Shown: one piece after another, positions 9,963-20,331 of the stretch
Layout: every line of letters begins with the position of its first letter
Position numbering within the stretch: position 1 is the stretch's first letter
From: an uncultured Verrucomicrobiae bacterium
Lineage (GTDB): Bacteria > Verrucomicrobiota > Verrucomicrobiia > Limisphaerales > JAFGQR01
Direction: 5' to 3'
NCBI GenBank assembly: GCA_963788655.1
Contig: CAWBHS010000110.1
Coordinates: 1-64,000 of the forward strand
DNA: 64,000 bases
Made by a program: the position numbers and the translations under genes
Notes under the pieces: generated by a model
Seen by the model: only the letters and a program-made list of their open reading frames with translations
The model's database searches: none
What the model was told of the DNA's origin: nothing

Positions 9963-10158
9963 AGCCGTATCAATTCAGTGGCTGGTGCTGCGATGAGGCA
10001 GTTCGGCGTGGTAGGACAGGCGTCTCGCCTGTCTCGAATAGCCCAAGGCATCCTCACCGTTTGGTGACATAAAAAGACTCGCGGCGCCGTGATACAAGTT
10101 GTTGGTTTGCACTCGTTCGGGACAGGCGGGACGCCTGTCCTACTGAATAGTCACGGCT
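9963..10158. mobile_element. 196-bp MITE/REPIN-like element, copy 1 (REP family B inside)
   Basis: Imperfect terminal inverted repeats AGCCGTATCAATTCAGTGG / CTACTGAATAGTCACGGCT; internal GTAGGACAGGCGTCTCGCCTGTC and its inverse; same-length copy at 14883..15078. Confidence 0.75.
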
Positions 10159-10212
10159 TAGAGTCAGACTGCGTTCTCACGAACGCAGCCACAGTTAATG
10201 CATGGATACGGG

Positions 10213-11430
10213 TTAGGGGCGTACAACGGGTTCCAGGAGATTGGTAAGGGGACCCCAGGGGATGAAGTTGGTGCGGAAGGAAAGAGCGTTGGGCACGTGC
10301 TGGAAGTTGAAATCATCGATGGCCCGCGCCGCGAGGGTGCTGACCTCGCCGTAAAGCTCGCGCACGTTGCCGCGGCCGTCGGGATGCACGCGGTTCGAAA
10401 GGAAGACGACGAAGGTCTTGGAGAACGGATCGATCCAGAGAAACGTGCCCGTAAACCCGGTGTGTCCGTAGGAACCCAGCGGAAACAGGAGCCCTCGCGG
10501 TCGGCTATAGCCACTGTCGATGTCCCAGCCCAGGGCGCGGCGCGCCAGCACGTCGGGTGGCGATTGCACGTGGGTCATCTGCCGGATGGTTTCCGGTTTA
10601 AAAAGCCGCACACCCTTCGCTTTGCCTTCGTTGAGCATCATTCGACAGTAGCGCGCCAAGTCGGCGGCAGTTGAAAACACTCCGGCTTGACCGGCCACGC
10701 CGCCCATCCGGCGGGCGGTGGGATCGTGGACCTTACCGCGCAACAACCCCGCGTAGCTGAATTGCGTTGGCGCAATGCGCGGCATTAGGTCGGCGGGCGG
10801 CAAATAGCCTGTGTCTCCCATACCGAGCGGCTGGTAGAATTCAGTCGCCACAAACTCATTGAGCGGTTTGCCGGAGACGCGGCGAACGATTTCCCCGAGC
10901 AAAATGAAATTGACGTCGCAATAGTGAAATTCGGTGCCGGGGGTAAGGCGTGGTCGCGCTTGCAACGCCTGGGCAATGCCACTGGAGTAATCCGAAAATG
11001 GCCTCCCACTGATTCCAGTCAACAGTCCCGAGGTGTGGGTGAGCAGATGCCGCACGGTGATGGCTTCGCGCCCATCGCCATGAAACTCCGGCAGGTAATG
11101 CTGGGCGGGATCATCCAAATGCACTTGGCCACGTTCGATCAATAGCATGATGGCCGGCGCCGTGGCGACTGATTTGGTGAGCGACGCCAAATCGAAGATC
11201 GTGTCCTCGGTCATGGGTTCGCGAACGGGCAGCAGCGCGCGATAGCCGTAGGCCCGATGATACGCCTGCCCCTTGTGCTCAATCCACAGGACGACTCCCG
11301 GGCATTTGTGTTCGGCGATGGCGTTGGTGATGGCCGCGTCGAGTTGGGCAAGGATTTCGGGACGGAACGCGGCCTCAGAAGTAAAGGTCAGCAGTGTTAG
11401 TGCGAGCCAGAGCAAGATGGCGGCTTTCAC
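10213..11430 (-). CDS. Serine hydrolase, beta-lactamase-related family, secreted
   Basis: FDLASLTK (SxxK), LLTHTSGL, YCDVN, YGHTGFTGT; probable GTG start at KAAILLWLAL. Confidence 0.9.
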   Translation of the reverse strand: MKAAILLWLALTLLTFTSEAAFRPEILAQLDAAITNAIAEHKCPGVVLWIEHKGQAYHRAYGYRALLPVREPMTEDTIFDLASLTKSVATAPAIMLLIERGQVHLDDPAQHYLPEFHGDGREAITVRHLLTHTSGLLTGISGRPFSDYSSGIAQALQARPRLTPGTEFHYCDVNFILLGEIVRRVSGKPLNEFVATEFYQPLGMGDTGYLPPADLMPRIAPTQFSYAGLLRGKVHDPTARRMGGVAGQAGVFSTAADLARYCRMMLNEGKAKGVRLFKPETIRQMTHVQSPPDVLARRALGWDIDSGYSRPRGLLFPLGSYGHTGFTGTFLWIDPFSKTFVVFLSNRVHPDGRGNVRELYGEVSTLAARAIDDFNFQHVPNALSFRTNFIPWGPLTNLLEPVVRP

Positions 11431-11553
11431 TTTCGGAAGGCTTTGGCAGAGCTTCGAAACGCGTACGGGGTAGCGCGCCAGCGTCCTTGAATGCGTCTGT
11501 GTTTCCCGCACTTTACCCGCACTTTCACTTGGTTTTCGGTGACCCAGCAATCG

Positions 11554-11790
11554 AGTCCCGCAGGGACGCCCGGAAATAGCCCACCGATTCATCGGTGGGT
11601 CGAGTGGGCGGCGAGGTCGCATGAGTCCCGTCAGGGACGAAAGAAATCCTGTCCTTACTTCGCGCTCAGTTTCCAGGAACCGCCGAATTATACGACGACT
11701 TCTTTCGCCCCTGCGGGGCTTGATGGCTCTTGCGGACACCGAATCCCACGGTTGAAACCGCGGGCTATTTTCGGGCGTCCCGGCGGGACT
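11554..11790. repeat. Long nested inverted repeat (family G), non-autonomous element-like
   Basis: AGTCCCGCAGGGACGCCCGGAAATAGCCCACCG... pairs with ...CGGGCTATTTTCGGGCGTCCCGGCGGGACT; internal hairpins. Confidence 0.75.
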
Positions 11791-11926
11791 AAAAGGCTCA
11801 AGACAACCTCTCTTTGACAAATCACTCGATGAATTCCACCTACGACGATCTTGGAGCGAACCTTGGCACTGCAATGTGTGCAAAGTTCCTCGGTCTATGC
11901 TGCTTTCCGATTGCAAGGCGCCGGCG

Positions 11927-11957
11927 AAAGCGGCAGAGGGCTGCCGCACTCCAAGAC
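11927..11957. repeat. REP family F arm (also at ~14187 and 18829..18904)
   Basis: AAAGCGGCAGAGGGCTGCCGCACTCCAAGAC. Confidence 0.7.
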
Positions 11958-11999
11958 CTGGCGGAGTAAGACAATCCATTGTTATCCGTTGCGCGCCTT

Positions 12000-12788
12000 T
12001 CATTGGTTTGGTTCCCCCGGCGTTGGTTGCATGAAGATCCATACGGCGGCATCAGCGGCGGAGCGTCCGTAAGAGGCATCTGGTTGTTGAGCCCCGAATG
12101 TGATCGAGTCCAAGACAGCGTTCAAGTTAACGTCCGTGTCGGTCAGGGACAATTGTTCACCGGACTTGTCCAATTTGAAGCTGGCGTGGAGACCCGGCGT
12201 GGCCTTTCCGTCTTCGTCGGCCCAAACGAGCAAGTGGCCATCCGCGGGGATCTTGGTACCGGCCGGGAACTGCCATTTGCGCGGATTGTTTGGCTCGTCG
12301 CTCAGGTAATGCCCGGTCAAGTCCACTTCCGCGTTGGTGATTTTGTGCCCGGCGGGATAATTCGTGGTCACGGCTCCAAAGACTCCGTCATTGGCCGCGC
12401 CATCGTCGTGAGCGCCATCGTCGAACATTTGGCGTACGATAAAGCGGCCATAAGGTTTGTCACGGAAATACAACCAAACCGAGCCGACCCCGCTGTTGCC
12501 ATTGGCGGCAACGTTGGCGGTGAGGGTCGGGACATTGGTCACAAACACGGGAGCGACCGGCCCGCTGACGGCAGTGATTTCGAATTGGAGCGGCGTCAAC
12601 TCCGCGTGCGACACCAGGTAATTGTAGCGGTTGGTGACGAGAGCGCGAAACCAGAGTTCTTCGTCCCTGGCAAACGTGTCCTCGGCCTGGTAGCGGAGGC
12701 GCGCGCTGGGCCTCGTATTGAGCAGGCAGATGCCAGTAGTCAGGCGTGGCCAGGCGGTGTTGGTGTCCGCTTTGGTGTTCTTAAGCAC
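12000..12788 (-). pseudogene. Remnant of a lamin-tail-domain (CotH-associated-type) secreted protein
   Basis: MFDDGAHDDGAANDGVFG; LTD half VDLTGHYLSD...KWQFPAGTKIPADGHLLVWADED...HASFKL lacking the first strands; no signal peptide. Confidence 0.55.
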
Positions 12789-12894
12789 TGAAACTTTCTT
12801 TGCTTAATTGTGTCTTAATACTGTCGCTGGCACCCTCGGGACACGATGCTGTTTCTCGCCGTGTTGTGGGTCGCGGCGCAAGTTGGGTATTACG

Positions 12895-14151
12895 ATGTTT
12901 CGCCTGTGGCACAAAATTCGAAGCACGTTGTTCAAAACGCGCCGGCGCCGCATCCTCCTTGGATTGGCGGCGCTCCTCGTGGCCACGCCAGTGCTCGTCA
13001 TCGTGACGTTGCTGGTGCTGTGGACTGTGCCCATTTTTGGCAGTCGCGCATGGCTGGCGCCGCATTTGCACTCCAGTCGCAGCTTCTTCTATTTTCACGA
13101 CGTGGTCCGCCGCGTGCCCTGGTCCATACACGTGGTGCGCATCCGGCGCTCCGAAAAGGATTTGGTTCTGTACTCGATGCTGGGCCGCGGCACGAACTTC
13201 GCCATGGCCACGGTCACCGAGCAAATCAAGCGCCTGCCGCCGGACTGGGGCCAGCCCATCGCCGCCGTGAATGGGGATTTGTCCAAGGTGCATCCGGCAT
13301 ATCCGGGCGATCCGGAAGGTTTACAGATCGTGCATGGGGAATTGGTCAGCGGGCCTTCGACGAAACGGGCCTGTTTCTGGATTGATGCCGCCGGTAATCC
13401 ACATCGAGGCGACGTGCGGTCACGCTTCGAGGCAACCTGGCCCAACGGCATCCGGACACCAATGGGCCTCAACGAAGAACGTGGCGATAACGGCGCCGTG
13501 CTTTATACCGCGGTCGTCGGCGCCAGGACGCGAACTCGCAACGGACTCGACTTGGTGCTGGAACGCTACGGCAGCAATGCCTGGCTGCCGCTGCAAATCG
13601 GCCGCACCAACATCGCGCGCGTGCGGAGCGTTTACCCAAACGGCAACGCGCCCTTGAACCGCGAGGTGATGGTTTTGTCCGTTGGTTCCAATCTTGTCTC
13701 GAGCCTGCCAACCCTTGCCCCCGGTGCCGTGTTGAGCATCTCGACCGCCACCATACCGGATCTCGCCGGAGCCCCGACCGCAATCGGCGGCAGCCCCACG
13801 TTGGTTGCGAACGGCAAAGTCCGGGAGTGGCCGGGCCTGCAACTGCGGCATCCGCGTACCGCAGTGGGTTGGAATAATGAATACCTGTTCCTGGTGGAAG
13901 TGGATGGCCGGCAGTTGCGGTTGTCGGCGGGCATGACGTTTCCCGAGTTGGCCGACTACATGCGAAAACTCGGATGCCAGGAAGCCCTCAATCTGGACGG
14001 CGGCGGTTCCGCTACGTGCTGGGTTTATGGCAACGTGATGAACAACCCGTCGCAAGGCCGTGAGCGGCCGTCAGCCAATGGTTTGGTGCTCGTGCAGAAA
14101 CCACCGAGTTCCAAGCTCGCCACAGCGAGCAAGGGAACAGAGACGGAGTGA
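12895..14151 (+). CDS. Phosphodiester glycosidase family protein (NAGPA/DUF2233)
   Basis: AAVNGD, HPRTAVG, VDGRQ...SAGMT, ALNLDGGGS; N-terminal TM. Confidence 0.9.
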   Translation: MFRLWHKIRSTLFKTRRRRILLGLAALLVATPVLVIVTLLVLWTVPIFGSRAWLAPHLHSSRSFFYFHDVVRRVPWSIHVVRIRRSEKDLVLYSMLGRGTNFAMATVTEQIKRLPPDWGQPIAAVNGDLSKVHPAYPGDPEGLQIVHGELVSGPSTKRACFWIDAAGNPHRGDVRSRFEATWPNGIRTPMGLNEERGDNGAVLYTAVVGARTRTRNGLDLVLERYGSNAWLPLQIGRTNIARVRSVYPNGNAPLNREVMVLSVGSNLVSSLPTLAPGAVLSISTATIPDLAGAPTAIGGSPTLVANGKVREWPGLQLRHPRTAVGWNNEYLFLVEVDGRQLRLSAGMTFPELADYMRKLGCQEALNLDGGGSATCWVYGNVMNNPSQGRERPSANGLVLVQKPPSSKLATASKGTETE

Positions 14152-14585
14152 TGCAAACGGCGCTGACATTGTCGCGCCAGCGTCATGGAGTGCGGCAGTC
14201 TGCCGCCTTCGAATGGATGCGGCGCGTCCGCGTGCCTGGTTGGAGTGGAGGCGCTGGGCTTTGGGCGGAATCAGGGCGCGGGACTGGTCGTTTGCCGGCA
14301 TACAAGTTGGTAGGGACAAATCCCTGGAAGCAGTTGGAACTGGCGTTCGAAGTCGGCGCGAATCAGGACGTGGAATTGAACTGCGAATAGCGGGCGCAAC
14401 ACGGCGAAGTGTGGTTTGACCGGGAGTTGCTGCGCCTGGTGAAATTGCCGTAGCCGCCGATGCAAGGAGACGGCCCCGAGGTGTCTGATCGTGTTCCACC
14501 TCCTGCTCCGAAAATGAATGAACATTTTAAGGCAGGATTAACTTTGGCCTTGCGAATCGCCTGCCAGGATTCGACCGATCGAGTT

Positions 14586-14882
14586 CTACGGTTCGCTCCG
14601 GGCGCGATAAAACCAGGGTCCTGCTCCGGCGGGCGTTACGTCCACAGTCCAAAGACCTTCGGCAACGGTCATTCCGGTTAGGATCGGTGTCCAGACGTTG
14701 ATATCGTTCGACGCTTCGACGGTGCAGTGAGTGAAGACTGCGCCGGACAACTGAAGGCTGGGCGAGGTCGCTTCGGTAGAAAACGACAGTTTCAATACCA
14801 TTGGAATGACGGAGTCGGCGCCGAGAGATTCCAATGCCGCCCGGGCATTGAGACGTCCGCCCCGGGCTGTCTTGGTGGCTTC
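14586..14882 (-). pseudogene. C-terminal remnant of a secreted, probably S8-peptidase-like, protein
   Basis: KTARGGRLNARAAL resembles the end of a subtilase domain; tail VEASNDINVWTPI...WFYRAR; upstream part replaced by the 196-bp element. Confidence 0.5.
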
Positions 14883-15078
14883 AGCCGTATCCATTCAGTA
14901 GCTGGAGCAGCGATGACGCGCTTCGGCGCGGTAGGACAGGCGTCCCGCCTGTCCTGAATAGCCAAGCACATCCTCCCCTGTTGGTGACCTGGAGAGACTT
15001 CCTCCGCCGCGGTGCCAATCGATGGTTGGCAGTCGTTTGAGACAGGCGGGACGCCTGTCCTACTGAATAATCACGACT
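14883..15078. mobile_element. 196-bp MITE/REPIN-like element, copy 2
   Basis: Colinear with 9963..10158 (offset 4920 at both ends); touches the mqnA stop codon. Confidence 0.75.
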
Positions 15079-15965
15079 CACGCCACATAATTGGGCGCGT
15101 ACACAGCTTCGGTAACATGCTGGCGCAGCAATTCGGCAAAGCGGGCCACGCCGCGCTTTTCATCGGCGCCCAGGTGAAAGTGAATGTGCCAGCCAAGATA
15201 GTCCTTGCGAAAATCCAGGTCATACTCCGTCCGGCTGGAAATGATGTAATCCAGCGTGTCCATGCCGAAGTCTTTGGCGTCGCTGAGCACGCGGCGCAAC
15301 CGTTCGTTCTGCACTCCGCGCCGCAGGGCCCACACGGCATACACAAACGGCAACTGCGTCAACTCCGTCCAGGCGGTGCCCAAGTCCCAAATCTGGTGGG
15401 TGTGCGGGGCCAGCATGAAATCGAGCGCCGGATCGCCAATGAGCAACAAGTTGTCGGGTGGCGAAGCCGGTTCGAATTTGGCCAAAGGCCGGAACTCTGG
15501 CTGCAGCCCGCGCTCGGCCAGCAGCACGCGCAGGAGGTTCACACTCGTTAACGACGAGGGATCGCAAAACACTTCCCGGATTTCATCCAACGGCTGGCGG
15601 TGCGCCAGGAAAACACTTTGGACTTCGCCCAACGAGGCAATGGCCACGCCGTCCAAAATGTCGTAACGGTCATTGAACAGCACTTCGGAAATGCTCACCA
15701 GCGCCGCGTCCAGTTCATCGCGCTGGAGCATGGCGGCGAGTTGGGATGGGACGGCGTAAATAATCTGGCTCTCCAACCCGCGCGTCAACGGAACGCCGTT
15801 GAGATACGGCACCGACCCGACCCGAAACGGCGCCAGCGTCTCGTCTTCGAGATTCTGTTCCCGCCGGCGGGTTTGCGTGAGGTTTTCGCGTTCGAGCCGG
15901 TGGGCCAATTCGGCGGCGGTTTCGCGGGGCGTCAGGCGCAATTTGGAAAGGTCGTCCGGATTCAT
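15078..15965 (-). CDS. mqnA: Chorismate dehydratase (futalosine pathway)
   Basis: RVGSVPYLNGVPL, PSQLAAML, SSLTSVNLL, LLIGDPAL, DLGTAWTELTQLPFVYAVW; operon context. Confidence 0.9.
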   Translation of the reverse strand: MNPDDLSKLRLTPRETAAELAHRLERENLTQTRRREQNLEDETLAPFRVGSVPYLNGVPLTRGLESQIIYAVPSQLAAMLQRDELDAALVSISEVLFNDRYDILDGVAIASLGEVQSVFLAHRQPLDEIREVFCDPSSLTSVNLLRVLLAERGLQPEFRPLAKFEPASPPDNLLLIGDPALDFMLAPHTHQIWDLGTAWTELTQLPFVYAVWALRRGVQNERLRRVLSDAKDFGMDTLDYIISSRTEYDLDFRKDYLGWHIHFHLGADEKRGVARFAELLRQHVTEAVYAPNYVA

Positions 15966-17126
15966 GCCGAGGCCAGGTTCTGTTCCAGGATCGGCGACGG
16001 CGCCTGGGGACCGCCGGTCTGCTCGGCGGCCGGTTCGTCCCACACTTTGATGGGTTCGTAAAAGGTGTTGCGTTGCACCGGAACCAAGCCCGCTTCGCGG
16101 ATGGCTTTGATCATCGCGGCTTCCGTTTGCAACTGCGGCGATTTCGCGCCGGCCATGTGGAAGATGTGTTCCTCGACGATGGTGCCGTGCAAGTCGTCCG
16201 CGCCGTAACTCAAGGCCACCTGCGCCAGCTTCAGACCCATGCCCACCCAATAGGCGGTGATGTGATCGAAGTTGTCCAGGTAGATGCGGCTGATGGCAAT
16301 GGTGCGGAGAGTGTCGAAACCCGTCGGCGGGCTCGACACGGGAATGTCGTTGTTCTCCGGCTGATAGGGCAGCGGGACAAAACCGCAGAACCCGTGCGTT
16401 TCGTCCTGCAATTCGCGCAACTGCCGCAAATGATCCACGCGGTCCGCCAGACTTTCGACGTGGCCATACAGCATGGTGCAGGTGCTGCGTCCGCCCGGAT
16501 GGTGCCAGTGCGATGCACGTCGAGATATTCCGCGGCGGATTCTTTGCCACGCGCGATGGCTTCGCGGACTTCCGGGCGGAAGATTTCCGCGCCGCCGCCG
16601 GTGAGCGAGTCCAGGCCGGCTTCGTTGAGTTCGGCGAGGACTTCCGGGACGGATTTCTTGGCCAGCCAGGCGAGGTGCAGGATTTCAATGGCGGTGAAAC
16701 ATTTGAGTTGCAGGCGGACATCGACTGCTTTCAGCGCCCGCAGCATGTCGTGTAGTAGTGGAAGGCAGCGAGGGATGTAGTCCGCCGACGATGTGCAGTT
16801 CGGTGATGCCGAAAGCCAGCGCTTCGCGCGCTTCTGGGCGATTTCCTCGACGGAATACTCGAAGCCATCGGCGTCGCGTTTCTTGCGGGCAAACGAGCAG
16901 AACTGGCAGCTCAGGATGCAGTAATTGGAGTAGTTGATGTAGCGGTTAACGATGTAACTGGCGCGATTGCCGACCTTCCGTTGCCGGGCAAGATCGGCGA
17001 TGGCGCCGAGCGCATTCAGGTCTTTGCTCTCGAAAAGCCGCAGCGCGTCGGCCTCGGCGATACGTTCGCCCGCCGCCACCTTTTCAAGATGTCGCGCAGC
17101 TCACTATGTTTCAGCATGAAGGTCAT
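15962..17126 (-). CDS. mqnE: Aminofutalosine synthase, radical SAM; frameshifted
   Basis: NYSNYCILSCQFC, GGGAEIF, MLYGHVE, LDNFDHITAYW, GADDLHGTIVEEHIFHMAGA (closer to MqnE than MqnC). Confidence 0.82.
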
Positions 17127-17245
17127 TCCGCAACTAGCGTTCGTGTTCGCGTACCGTCAGCGACGTTGCCCCGCCGTTGGGTTCATCCGCCCGGCGCGGA
17201 GGCGTTGAGGAGCATAACGGAGAAGCCGGTGGAAGGCCAATTATT

Positions 17246-18142
17246 CTATGCGAACCCGCCGCGGAAAACGACTTCGGCGATGGTGGCCAACATGAACACC
17301 ACGCTGATCATGGCGTTCAGGCGGAAAAACGCGACGTTGATCCATTTCAAGCTGCGCCGCCGCGCGAGCCAATGTTCCAACAGCAAGCTGCACAGAATGA
17401 TGATGATTCCCGACAAGTAGGCGAGCCGAAATCGGCAGAGCAAGCCGAACACTGCCAGCAGCAGCCAAGTCAACAAGTGCGACAAGAATGCCGCATCAAG
17501 GGCGTTCTTGGGACCCCAGCCCACGACCAGCGAGTGCAGGCCGTGTTGGCGGTCAAATTCGTAATCCTGCAAGGCATAAATGATGTCGAAGCCCACCAGC
17601 CAGAATACCACCGCCACGGCCAGCACCAGCAAACGAAGGCCGCCCAGCCACGTGATCGAGGTGCCCTGGACCGCCAGCCAGGCGCCCACCGGCGCCAGCG
17701 CCAAGGCGACGCCCAGAAAGAGGTGCGAGTAATCCGTGAACCGTTTTGCCAGCGAATAGAAACAGATCACCACCACCGCCACCGGCGAGAGATAGAAACA
17801 GAGTGGATTGATGAAGTAACTGACCACGATCAGACCAATCCCGCTCAGCCCCCAGAGCATCCAGGCACTAACCAGCGAAATCTTCCCGGCCGGCAACGCC
17901 CGGTTGGCGGTGCGGGGATTGGCGGCGTCGAACTTGCGGTCCGCAATGCGGTTGAACGCCATGGCGCAGGTGCGGGCGCACACCATCGCCGCCAGGATGA
18001 GGCCGAACGTGAGCCAACCGGGCCAGCCGGGCGGGTGCTGGTCGCGCGCGGCAACGACCATCGCTGCCAGCGCAAACGGCAGGGCAAATACGGTGTGGGA
18101 GAACTTGACGAACTCAGCCCATTTACGAATTAGCGAAAACAT
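17246..18142 (-). CDS. ubiA: UbiA-like polyprenyltransferase (MqnP type)
   Basis: VKFSHTVFALPFA, AMAFNRIADRKFDAANPRT, GFDIIYALQDYEFD. Confidence 0.9.
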   Translation of the reverse strand: MFSLIRKWAEFVKFSHTVFALPFALAAMVVAARDQHPPGWPGWLTFGLILAAMVCARTCAMAFNRIADRKFDAANPRTANRALPAGKISLVSAWMLWGLSGIGLIVVSYFINPLCFYLSPVAVVVICFYSLAKRFTDYSHLFLGVALALAPVGAWLAVQGTSITWLGGLRLLVLAVAVVFWLVGFDIIYALQDYEFDRQHGLHSLVVGWGPKNALDAAFLSHLLTWLLLAVFGLLCRFRLAYLSGIIIILCSLLLEHWLARRRSLKWINVAFFRLNAMISVVFMLATIAEVVFRGGFA

Positions 18143-18153
18143 TGAATTTAAAA

Positions 18154-18712
18154 TCACTCCGGTTCGGCCTGCCAGCGCGGCATTAATTGGTGCGGGATTT
18201 CCAGGTGATCCAACACCCGGGCCACCACGGTATCCACCACCTGTTCCACCGTGGCCGGCCGCGAGTAAAAAGATGGATTGGCCGGCAGGACCGTGGCGCC
18301 CGCCAGCAACAGCAGTTCGAGATTCTTCACGTGGACCAGGCTCAGCGGTGTCTCGCGCGGCACCAGGATTACTTTCCGCCGTTCCTTCAGCATCACGTCG
18401 GCCGTACGCAACAACACATCGCTGCTTAAGCCGTGCGCAATCCGGCCTGCCGTGCCCATTGTGCAGGGAATGATCACCATCGCATCGAGCGGATTCGAGC
18501 CGCTGGCAAACGGCACGTTCATGCTCTTGAGTCCGTGCGTGACTGGCGCCGGGTGGCAGCCGCAAACCATCGGGCAATTCCTGCGACACAACCGCCTGCG
18601 CATAGCTGCTCAGGATCACGTGCAGTTCGTGCTGAGCCGGATCGAGGTTGTCCAGCAGGCGTTGGGCATACAACGCGCCACTGGCTCCGGTGATGGCAAC
18701 GAGAATCTTCAT
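18154..18712 (-). CDS. ubiX: Flavin prenyltransferase; frameshift ~18540
   Basis: ILVAITGASGA, ASGS, PCTMGT, ADVMLKERR, VPRETPL, PSFYSRP. Confidence 0.92.
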
Positions 18713-18751
18713 AATCGCCGGGGCAGCGCGCAATCGTCGCCAACGCTACCA

Positions 18752-19064
18752 GTGCCGCCGCGTGAAGGCACGCGGCCTACATCACGCAAGCTAGTTGCTC
18801 CAGGAACTCTGCGATTGACCGCCAGGTTTTGGAGTGCGGCGGTCCTCTGCCGCTGTCGAACGCGACGTTGCCTTCGAAAGCGGTAAAGGACTGCCGGACT
18901 CCAAGACGCTGTCGCGCGCGCGTCAGCCCCGGCGCCTGACCCGTCCAAGGTTCCCTTCAGCTTGTTGAAATGAACAGGGGCACCACCCGCACCGCACAAG
19001 GGCACGCGACCAAAAGGCCGGAGCATTTGGACATGCGGTGGTAGGCCGGATCCCCTGGTCCGGC
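18752..19064. repeat. REP-rich intergenic region (family F doublet plus GTAGGCCG palindromes)
   Basis: CCGCGTGAAGGCACGCGGCCTAC; TTGGAGTGCGGCGG...CCGGACTCCAA; GTAGGCCGGATCCCCTGGTCCGGC. Confidence 0.65.
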
Positions 19065-19141
19065 AACGTGAACACCAAACGCTCTGTATTGGATGCATGC
19101 CGCCGCAATATGACGAGAGCACTACGGCTTGAGCAAGTTCG

Positions 19142-20314
19142 TTGAAGAGAAAACCGCCTTTTCCCTACAACGAGCTTGAGCCCATCACGCCCGTCCGCTT
19201 AGCTCGGGCGGTGTTAAAGCCGCCGTATTTTGTTTGGATCGCCTTGGGTTTGGCCAGCCTCACGGGCTGCCGCTCGTATGGACCACCGGTCGTCAAGCCG
19301 ATCCCTGCCCCCTTTATGCCGCCGCGTGCGAACGGCCCCATCGTTCCGACTCCGAACGCAATAGTGACGACCAATGGTGCGGGAAACCTCTCATTTTCCT
19401 GGCCGGCTGAGTGGGGTGATACGTGGATTTCTCTGGCGGATTGGGCGGCGTTCAATGGGTTGAGTCAACCGATGCAAACCGCCAGCGAACCCAAATCGGT
19501 CTTTGAAATTCCCACCCCCAACGGCACGCTGACCGTGACCGCCACCAGCCAGGTCGTGCGGTTGGACGGCGTTGCCTGCTGGCTGAGTTACGCGCCGATA
19601 ATCCTCGCCGGCAAACCGTGCGTCTATTCGCTGGATGCGCAAAAAACGTTGCAACCATTGCTGAAGCTGGACGCCTTGACGTGCCCGCGCCGCCCAACGG
19701 TCGTCATCGATCCCGGCCATGGCGGCAGCGACACCGGTTCGCTCAGCGCCGGCAACTTGGGCAAGGAAAAGGCGTTTACCCTCGATTGGGCGGTGCGCGT
19801 TCGCCGGCTGCTGAATGCGCGCGGCTGGCGCGTGATCCTGACCCGCACCAACGATGTTGCGTGCTCGCTGACCGATCGCGTGGCGTTGGCCGAACGCGCA
19901 CAGGCGGACTTATTCGTCAGCCTGCACTTCAACAGTGGCGTGCCCAACCACGGACTTTGCGGGATCGAAACCTATTGCATGACACCCGCCGGATTGCCCT
20001 CCAACCTGGTCCACGACAATTCCGATGACACGCGCGTGGCGTTCCCGAATAACGCCTATGACGCCGCGAATTTCATCTGGGCCTTCCGACTGCACCGGGC
20101 CTTGGTGAGCGCCACGGATAGCACGGACCGTGGCGTGCGCCGGGCACGGTTCCTCGCGGTGCTGCGCTGGCAGAATCGGCCGGCGGTGTTGCTCGAAGCG
20201 GGTTATCTCTCCAATCCTGCCGAAGCTCAAACGATTGCTAATGCTAAATACCGGCAGAAACTCGCGGAGGCTGTGGCGAAGGTTTTAGAGAAATCACTAA
20301 ACGGAGAAACCTGA
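19142..20314 (+). CDS. N-acetylmuramoyl-L-alanine amidase (Amidase_3), possible lipoprotein; start uncertain
   Basis: VVIDPGHGGSDTG, EK, LTR, FVSLHFNS, PAVLLEAGYLSN; lipobox-like LTGC. Confidence 0.9.
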   Translation: MKRKPPFPYNELEPITPVRLARAVLKPPYFVWIALGLASLTGCRSYGPPVVKPIPAPFMPPRANGPIVPTPNAIVTTNGAGNLSFSWPAEWGDTWISLADWAAFNGLSQPMQTASEPKSVFEIPTPNGTLTVTATSQVVRLDGVACWLSYAPIILAGKPCVYSLDAQKTLQPLLKLDALTCPRRPTVVIDPGHGGSDTGSLSAGNLGKEKAFTLDWAVRVRRLLNARGWRVILTRTNDVACSLTDRVALAERAQADLFVSLHFNSGVPNHGLCGIETYCMTPAGLPSNLVHDNSDDTRVAFPNNAYDAANFIWAFRLHRALVSATDSTDRGVRRARFLAVLRWQNRPAVLLEAGYLSNPAEAQTIANAKYRQKLAEAVAKVLEKSLNGET

Positions 20315-20331
20315 GCGCCGGCTGAATCCCT

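Noticed and set aside
11431..12042. 200-aa N-terminal extension of the serine hydrolase
   Set aside because: It is translated repeat DNA (families F and G); a signal peptide starts near 11430.
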